From assembly GCF_003231495.1 (NCBI RefSeq), contig NZ_PQWO01000003.1, positions 30,001-62,000 of the forward strand: a DNA stretch of 32,000 nt. Direction: 5' to 3'. Of this stretch, positions 1 through 6,331 are shown piece after piece. Position 1 is the stretch's first letter, and each line of letters opens with the position of its first letter. Source of the DNA: Acaryochloris thomasi RCC1774 (GTDB lineage Bacteria; Cyanobacteriota; Cyanobacteriia; Thermosynechococcales; Thermosynechococcaceae). Under the pieces are notes generated by a model. It searched no databases. It had not been told where the DNA came from and saw only the letters and a list, made by a program, of their open reading frames with translations. A program made the translations under genes and the position numbers.

Positions 1-1
1 T

Positions 2-1828
2 CTAGCACCGAAGGCAGAGGTACAGTTTGTGGGCTGGCAGCCAGGGCTATCGATTCCTGAATTAAAGCGGCAAATTTGTGATGCGATTTCAGACCCTCTA
101 GGCTGGGATATCTTGTTTTTTGCGGGCCACAGCAATGAAACAAACTTGACGGGAGGGGAACTTGCGATCGCACCCAACACCCTGATCACGATTAAGGAAA
201 TTGCCCCCCACTTAAAGCAACTGCAGGAAAAAGGGCTGCAGCTTGCTATTTTCAATTCATGCAGTGGTTTGAGCATTGCGATCTCGCTGATTGACTTAGG
301 CCTTAGTCAGGTTGCTGTGATGCGAGAGCCGATTCACAATCGGGTGGCACAGGTTTTTCTAGGCCGGTTCCTTAAGCATCTGAACAGTTATCAAGATGCC
401 CATGATGCGCTATGTTCTGCGGTGGTGGGTCTGCAGCACGAAGAGAACCTTTCTTATCCATCGGCACACTTAATTCCTTCGTTCTTTCGCCACCCAGAGT
501 CCAAGCCTTTTCGGCTACAGCCGATGGGGATAAGACAGTACATTCGACCTTGGCTACCCACGCGTCGAGAAGCTGTTACCTTGGCCATCCTCATTGTGTT
601 GAGCTTATGGCCTTCACTGCAACGAACCTTGTTAGACCAGCGCATTCTGGCCCAGTCCGTTTATCGGATGCTCACAGATCAGATACCGGCTCAAACGACG
701 CCACCGCTGACACTTGTACAAATTGATGATGCTTCTATTCAAAAGGCAGGCATCCGGGATCCAAAGCCGATGGATCGGGCTTATCTAGCTAAGCTGGTGG
801 ATCGATTGGTCGCGCATAAAAGCCAGGTTATTGGAATTGATTATCTATTGGATCGTCAGCAGCCTCAATCGGATCCACTTTTAGCGTCTGCAGTTCGGTC
901 TGCGGTTGCCCAACAAAATACTTGGCTCGTTTTTGCCTCAACAATACAACCCAATGGTTTAGAAATCGGGGTTAATCCGAAGACCGAGATTGCATCACCG
1001 ACTTGGAGCCTGCAAGCACACATACATGGTCAACCCACTCATATCGAGTTGCCTAGGGATGATTGCCGTCAAGCCTGTCCGTTCGCATATCTCATTGCGA
1101 TGTTGACGGCATATCAAGAGAATGGAACGGGTCTAGTGGGGCCTAGTCTAGAGAATAAGAAAAAGTTAAAATCGCATTTTCTCAATGATGCTCAGCAACT
1201 CTCAGAGCCAAAGCTTGACTTTATTCAGAAGCAACAACAAGCTTGGCTTTCACTTGGTTCTTACTATTTAAAACAGCAGTGGCTGGACCCAATTCTAGAT
1301 TTTTCGATACCACCAGAGCAGGCCTACCAGAGTATTCCAGCTTGGCAACTGCTAGCGACGAAGCAGGAAGAGAACTTGTCTTCAGTAGTAATCGTGGCTC
1401 CTGGCGGGTATAAAGAGGCTGGAGTCAATCAGTCTGATAACTTTGCAATACCTTTGGCTCTGCAGTTTTGGAGAGCATCTTTATCTGAGAATGATGGGAA
1501 TTTGGACAGAGCGGTTTTTACGGGCGGGGAGGCACATGCCTATATGGTGCATCATCTTCTGCAGAAACGCTTGGTGATTCCGATTCCAAATTTATGGATG
1601 GTTTTGCTGATGTCGTTTTTGGGAAAGGTAATCAGCTTAAGATGGGGTTATTCGCGACCTATTAAGTGGTGGCAAATACTTGGGGTGGGAACGGGTACAA
1701 CAGGTATTTATAGCCTGATTAGTTTACAGGGATATCTTTCAGCATCGGTTTTGTTTCCGGTTTTACTGCCGTCAATGACGGTTTTACTTTATCTTTTACC
1801 GCTTAGGGGTAGGCGTAATCATGGATAA
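2..1828 (+). CDS. CHAT-CHASE2 membrane protein, 5'-truncated by the window edge. A caspase-like CHAT protease C-terminal half is fused to a periplasmic CHASE2 sensor and 4 TM helices.
   Basis: The frame is open from nt 2 with no stop before the listed GTG at 29. A CHAT-type His/Cys dyad context is present (ILFFAGHS...LAIFNSCSG). It is followed by a TM helix (AVTLAILIVLSLWPSL), CHASE2-like sequence (LVQIDDASIQKAGIRDPKPMDRAYLAKLVDRL...VIGIDYLLDRQ), three C-terminal TM helices and a positively charged tail (RGRRNHG). Confidence 0.8.
   Translation, partial: LAPKAEVQFVGWQPGLSIPELKRQICDAISDPLGWDILFFAGHSNETNLTGGELAIAPNTLITIKEIAPHLKQLQEKGLQLAIFNSCSGLSIAISLIDLGLSQVAVMREPIHNRVAQVFLGRFLKHLNSYQDAHDALCSAVVGLQHEENLSYPSAHLIPSFFRHPESKPFRLQPMGIRQYIRPWLPTRREAVTLAILIVLSLWPSLQRTLLDQRILAQSVYRMLTDQIPAQTTPPLTLVQIDDASIQKAGIRDPKPMDRAYLAKLVDRLVAHKSQVIGIDYLLDRQQPQSDPLLASAVRSAVAQQNTWLVFASTIQPNGLEIGVNPKTEIASPTWSLQAHIHGQPTHIELPRDDCRQACPFAYLIAMLTAYQENGTGLVGPSLENKKKLKSHFLNDAQQLSEPKLDFIQKQQQAWLSLGSYYLKQQWLDPILDFSIPPEQAYQSIPAWQLLATKQEENLSSVVIVAPGGYKEAGVNQSDNFAIPLALQFWRASLSENDGNLDRAVFTGGEAHAYMVHHLLQKRLVIPIPNLWMVLLMSFLGKVISLRWGYSRPIKWWQILGVGTGTTGIYSLISLQGYLSASVLFPVLLPSMTVLLYLLPLRGRRNHG
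164..171. repeat. HIP1 octamer palindrome GCGATCGC
   Basis: Exact match read in the sequence. It is the only copy in the first 9760 nt. Confidence 0.95.
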
Positions 1829-2567
1829 GAATCGTGGGCTTTTGCTGGCTTTATTATTAGTCGTAGGGGGTGCTGAGCTTGGAGCTGCTCAACCAAAGAA
1901 AGAGGACTCTAACTCGAAGCCAAGACCAGTTAAGGTCCAGAATCAGAAGTCTTCCAGCAAGTCTCGCTCATTAATTAAGGGCATTATTCACGTTATTTTT
2001 GGGCCTTTGAAGAAAAAACCCAAGTTGGGTTCGCGAAGCAATCTCTGCGCTATCACACCTGGCCGGTTAGGGGAAACTGACACGATTTGGAGCGATCGAC
2101 CTATCTTTTCATGGCGTGGCAAAGCTAAAAAACTCCAGCTTTTGGATGAAGAGACAGGAGAACTGCTATGGCAGCGAACTTTATCCGGTGAGGAGCAAAG
2201 TGTTGCCTATGATGGTCCAGCGTTGAATCCAGGACAGGTTTATGAGTGGCGGATTTCTAATGGGGGAACTCAGAGATCGACGTTTGAAGTGATGTCGGCA
2301 GAAAAACGAGCGAAGGTTATTGCAGACCTAAGAAATCTAAATAATCCTGAAGAGGTTGCAAGCCTAACGCCTGAGGTGAGATTGGCGGTGTCGCAATCGC
2401 AATATTTTGGAGAGCAGAGATTGTGGTCAGATGCTTTACAGTCTCTGTATGGGGTACAGGAATCTACAGATGAATTGCAGGCAACATTGGATAGAGTATT
2501 GGGTAAGGTTTGTGGGGTTGCAGGTAATGAGAGACTGGCAGAGGACGAGACAATTGCAATGCCTTGA
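1821..2567 (+). CDS. DUF928-like secreted protein
   Basis: The ATG at 1821 overlaps the upstream stop (ATGGATAA, 8-nt overlap). A signal peptide is present (MDKNRGLLLALLLVVGGAELGAA). The motif order resembles cyanobacterial DUF928 as I remember it: C-AITP, then RPIFSWRG (compare PTFFWYVP), then KLQLLDEETGELLWQ, then LNPGQVYEWRI, then C-terminal QRLWSDALQSLY. Confidence 0.7.
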   Translation: MDKNRGLLLALLLVVGGAELGAAQPKKEDSNSKPRPVKVQNQKSSSKSRSLIKGIIHVIFGPLKKKPKLGSRSNLCAITPGRLGETDTIWSDRPIFSWRGKAKKLQLLDEETGELLWQRTLSGEEQSVAYDGPALNPGQVYEWRISNGGTQRSTFEVMSAEKRAKVIADLRNLNNPEEVASLTPEVRLAVSQSQYFGEQRLWSDALQSLYGVQESTDELQATLDRVLGKVCGVAGNERLAEDETIAMP

Positions 2568-2668
2568 GGTGACACAACTAAGTACTTTCACTCATTAGTC
2601 TCTGCAGGCAGAGGGAAATATCACAAACTAACTCTCCCTTCGTTCACGTTGCGAAGAGATAAGTAAGG

Positions 2669-5107
2669 TCAAGATGGCTGACAGTTAGCAGGCAAACCTA
2701 CGATCGCAGTTGGGGGTGTTTTGGATTCGGCAGTGAGCATAAGTTGGCCTTCAGAGTTGGTCTTCCAGCCTTGAGCCTCAATAATTTGAGGGGATGTTGG
2801 AGCTGAAGCTATTGAAATAGTCGGAGATTCCAAGGCAGATGATTGGATAATTGAGGTTGCCTGCGGGTTATGAACAACCCAGTTTGTCAGCACAGATTCG
2901 TTGTTGAGATCTTGGGCAGGATTTGTTGGTAAACCACCACGCCCTGTAATGATCAATTCACTGAGTTCACTAGCTACAACACCACCATTGGGTGCACAGC
3001 CTTGGGCAACAAGTTGCGAAGCATCAACAACATTGACGGGCAAGTCGATTAATCCATCACTAGGATCCGTCTCAGGGGTCTGAAATATGACTGTGCCACT
3101 GAGAGTTGGTCCACCAAGTTGAGAGAAGGCTGTCACGTCGCTGGTTGATAGTAAAGCTGGATCAGCAGGAATATTCGCGTTCTCAAAGTCGGCCAAGGTG
3201 CGTGGTGTTAAGCCAAAGATACCTTGAGCTGTCAGTTCGACCAGTCCTCCCGCCCCCTCCGTAGCATTGGCAGTGATGTCGCTATTATTCTGGGCAAAGA
3301 TCACATCACTGTTAAGTATGATATTTCCACCAGTGGCCGCTTCTGCAGCATTCGTTGTAATTGCACTGTTGTCGAGCAAGAAAATACTGCTCGCTTTAAG
3401 CTTAATATTACCTTCAGCAGAATTTGTAGTCGCACTTAAAGATCCAAGATCGGCAAGACGAATAGTCTCAGCAGTTACGACCAGTGAACCCGCCGGGCCG
3501 CTACCAGTTGAACTACTACTAACTTGGGCACCTTGCTCCAAACTAAAATCACTCGTGCTTATTGATAAATTTCCAGCCCCAAGAAGACTCCCACTTTCAG
3601 CACTTAAAGTACTTTCAGGATCTTGCAGCGCTACAGACTCAGAAGCAGCAATATCAATACTTCCAGCACGCCCTTGACTACCATAAGTAGATGCAACTGA
3701 AATATTCCCTCCGCCCTGAATAGAGAGCCTTTTCGTACTCACATTTATATCACCACCGTTTCCAGTAGTCCCTAGTCCAGTAGTTGCAGAAAATAAAGTA
3801 CTAGAAACTGCTTGGCCATTAGCGGCAACACCCTGACCAATAATATTTATAGACTCAGAAGCATTGATAGTCAATTCTCCCGCATTCCCTATCGCTCCAT
3901 CCGTAACCGTACTATTTACTTGTGCTCCGTCAAGTAACACTAGCCTTCTCGTACTTAGTTTAATATCACCAGCTTTTTTACCTCTTGAGAATGATGTCAA
4001 TGAACTAAAAGCACCATCTCCACGAATTTCTATGAGTTCTGAAGCCTTGACATTTAAATCCCCTGAAGATCCTAGACCATTACTACTACTATCAATAAAA
4101 GAAGCATTACTAAGAATCAATCTTTTCGTGTCAATATTAATATCTCCAGCTATACCATTTTCACCTAGATTAATAGAATTAATTGAACTAAAATTCCTAA
4201 CGACAAGAGACTCAGTAGCTACTATATCTAAATCTTCTCCAGGCATATCGCCAAAGTTTAGTGCAGCCAGTGCAGAGTTATTATCAAAAGAAATCCTCCT
4301 TCCATACAACCGAATAGGGCCATTAATAAACCCAGAAGTATTAATAGCAGAACCATTCGAGAAAGAAATATCTTCAAGTAAATTATTATCAGAAAAGTCC
4401 AGTGACGGACTATCTCCCGAAAGATCCAAGCCAACCACAGTTGGACCTGAAACACTTCCTATCTCAACGCTACGTGATGGAACAGAAAGAACAGCATTTT
4501 GAAAATGCACTCCGTTCCCTAAGACAAGGAAAGAATCACCCACCTGAAAGTCAAAAAAAGGATTACCAGAATCTTTCAAGATTTGAATATTTTTTGAACT
4601 CCTGCCAATATACAAACCGACAGGGAGTCTCATAGTCAACGTTAGCGGCTTTGAAATATCAGTATCAAAGAAACTTCCATCTTCAAAGTCAAGCCGATTA
4701 GCAGTAGATAGAAGCAAGGAACCAGAAACATCTATCTGAGCACCGTCTCCAAGTACAATTCCATTGGGATTGAGCAAGAAAAAATTCGCTCTTACATTAA
4801 CTAGACCCTCAATTATAGATGGCGAAGAGCCCGTTACTCTTCCAATGATATTTTCAACATTCCTATTTCTAAACACGACAGATTTACCTGGAGGTACAGA
4901 AAATTTTTTAAAACTATGAAAAAGATTTTGACCACCGATTAGAGTGCCGCCGGTAATAGTAAAATCATCCGATCCCGTGTCGGAAACAACTGTTCGAACA
5001 GGCAATGTTGTATCACCAAAGACTTGTGCACAAGTCATTTCGGCCAAAGATACATCGAACAAAATAACAAGGTACAATGCAAAAAAAGCTTTCCAAAAAT
5101 CAAACAT
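2669..5107 (-). CDS. Filamentous-haemagglutinin-like exoprotein: an N-terminal two-partner-secretion (TPS / haemagglutination activity) domain followed by a beta-helix repeat region.
   Basis: TPS-domain hallmarks follow the signal peptide: GQNLFHSFKKFSV, VVFRN, IIGRVTG, FLLNPNGIVLG. The rest is long, G/S/N/I-rich and repetitive (ASELIEIRG, ASESINIIG, ASESVAL). I chose the ATG at 5107; the ORF track starts three codons earlier at a TTG (5116). Confidence 0.9.
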   Translation of the reverse strand: MFDFWKAFFALYLVILFDVSLAEMTCAQVFGDTTLPVRTVVSDTGSDDFTITGGTLIGGQNLFHSFKKFSVPPGKSVVFRNRNVENIIGRVTGSSPSIIEGLVNVRANFFLLNPNGIVLGDGAQIDVSGSLLLSTANRLDFEDGSFFDTDISKPLTLTMRLPVGLYIGRSSKNIQILKDSGNPFFDFQVGDSFLVLGNGVHFQNAVLSVPSRSVEIGSVSGPTVVGLDLSGDSPSLDFSDNNLLEDISFSNGSAINTSGFINGPIRLYGRRISFDNNSALAALNFGDMPGEDLDIVATESLVVRNFSSINSINLGENGIAGDINIDTKRLILSNASFIDSSSNGLGSSGDLNVKASELIEIRGDGAFSSLTSFSRGKKAGDIKLSTRRLVLLDGAQVNSTVTDGAIGNAGELTINASESINIIGQGVAANGQAVSSTLFSATTGLGTTGNGGDINVSTKRLSIQGGGNISVASTYGSQGRAGSIDIAASESVALQDPESTLSAESGSLLGAGNLSISTSDFSLEQGAQVSSSSTGSGPAGSLVVTAETIRLADLGSLSATTNSAEGNIKLKASSIFLLDNSAITTNAAEAATGGNIILNSDVIFAQNNSDITANATEGAGGLVELTAQGIFGLTPRTLADFENANIPADPALLSTSDVTAFSQLGGPTLSGTVIFQTPETDPSDGLIDLPVNVVDASQLVAQGCAPNGGVVASELSELIITGRGGLPTNPAQDLNNESVLTNWVVHNPQATSIIQSSALESPTISIASAPTSPQIIEAQGWKTNSEGQLMLTAESKTPPTAIVGLPANCQPS

Positions 5108-5259
5108 ATACAACAATATTCAACCTATAGAGAAAGCCAAAGACAAAGTCTACAGAGAAAGTACAGATCAAAGCGATCATACTTCAGATAGAAAATAAAT
5201 TCATCCGTGATGTCACAGACCAGATTAAGTAGGCAGTAAATTTTCGATAGATGTAAATC

Positions 5260-5271
5260 AGAACTAGTTCT
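5260..5271. promoter_or_regulatory. Perfect 12-bp palindrome AGAACTAGTTCT; candidate operator upstream of the TPS-exoprotein gene.
   Basis: Read directly from the sequence. It lies 153 nt upstream of the ATG at 5107, in the AT-rich intergenic region 5108-5405. Confidence 0.25.
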
Positions 5272-5405
5272 TTAAAAGCATGCCACTAAAATCCCTCATA
5301 AATTCTTATAGAATATTTCAGTCTGGAAAAACATAAAATATTTTTTCAAGAGACAGAAATATATATTGTCACAAACAACAATTAGAAGTCCAAAATCTCA
5401 CCTCA

Positions 5406-6056
5406 TCAATTTATTGGAGGACAATAAGCACACAATACTCCCCGAATAATCCAACGGCCATCTTTTATACCTGGAACAGAAGAATTACAGTTTACAAATC
5501 CTGGATCTGGCTCTTTTTCCTCACCAGGCAACTTGCATCTACTCGAGTCCTTATCAAATAAAGCCTTTCTACTCTCTTTTTCTTTTTCTTCTCTCTCTTC
5601 TCTCTCTGGCCAATCTGTCAGACAGTACGAAAAATATATTGCATCTAGCTCAAACCTTGCTTGTTCATCATTCAATTCTCCATTTTTGACCTTAAAAAAT
5701 ACCAAGTGAGATTCTGCTGTAGCTAACACAGCAGAATCATTATCTTTAGCCGCTACCTGCACTGCTTTCTCTAGATATTTTTTGGCAGTTTTGAGTTCAT
5801 TACACTGCAAATAATGCTCACCATACCTTAAATATATAGAGGGCTTAACACTTATTTTTGCAACTAGTTTACTATTTACATCTAAGAGATTCTTCAGCTC
5901 TGTTTTTTTTCTGCAAGAATCCAAAAGCTGATCATCACCGACTGAGGTGCTTTCAGATATTTGCGCCTTAGATTCTGACATATAGATAAGTGAGGAACTC
6001 ACTGAGACTAACAATGAAAGACAAGCAAATCTTGACAAAAAACTTTTTTTAGTCAT
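5406..6056 (-). CDS. Hypothetical secreted Cys-rich protein (216 aa) with an E/R/K-rich linker; no family recognised.
   Basis: The internal ATG at 6056 gives a good signal peptide (MTKKSFLSRFACLSLLVSVSSSLIYMSESKA). The 29-codon upstream extension in the ORF track has no signal features. The mature part has several Cys residues, including a C-terminal LCAYCPP, and a possible single TPR-like helix pair (AKKYLEKAVQVAAKDND). The gene is very AT-rich. Confidence 0.55.
   Translation of the reverse strand: MTKKSFLSRFACLSLLVSVSSSLIYMSESKAQISESTSVGDDQLLDSCRKKTELKNLLDVNSKLVAKISVKPSIYLRYGEHYLQCNELKTAKKYLEKAVQVAAKDNDSAVLATAESHLVFFKVKNGELNDEQARFELDAIYFSYCLTDWPEREEREEKEKESRKALFDKDSSRCKLPGEEKEPDPGFVNCNSSVPGIKDGRWIIRGVLCAYCPPIN
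5573..5607. repeat. 35-nt uninterrupted polypyrimidine (C/T) tract on the + strand
   Basis: Counted directly: ctctctttt ctttttctt ctctctcttc tctctct. On the minus strand it encodes the REEREEKEKE linker of the 216-aa protein. Confidence 0.9.
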
Positions 6057-6297
6057 TTGATTTAATTTTCCTTTAGGATAGAACACAAGAATATCTACTC
6101 TCTTTATGCTATTGCAAATCCAAGTTTTTTTTAAGCAGGACAAGAAAATATTGGATTTAAATACCTAGAGAAATACATATGATAGCCTGAGAAACAAGAC
6201 AAGAATTTATCGCAAAAATACAAAAATCATCATTCATTTCCCCAGTGAAACTTACTAATAAAGGCCATTCACCCTTATCAATAATACTAAAAAGAAT

Positions 6298-6318
6298 ATA
6301 GTGAATTAAATTCACTAT
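6298..6318 (-). terminator. Candidate intrinsic terminator of the TPR-CHAT gene: a 21-bp perfect palindrome followed by a U-tract.
   Basis: ATAGTGAATT-A-AATTCACTAT has 10-bp arms. It starts 14 nt after the stop codon at 6332-6334. On the minus strand it is followed by ATTCTTTTTAGTATTATT. The stem is AT-rich and therefore weak. Confidence 0.4.
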
Positions 6319-6331
6319 CCTAATATTCAAT

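Noticed and set aside
2901-5198. Plus-strand ORFs inside the exoprotein gene (2901..3083, 3224..3439, 3267..3677, 3864..4502, 4402..4635, 4944..5198) and the minus-strand off-frame ORF 4258..4455
   Set aside because: These are shadow ORFs of a long repetitive beta-helix gene, with no start context or motifs. The 212-aa one mirrors the repeat periodicity of the true frame.
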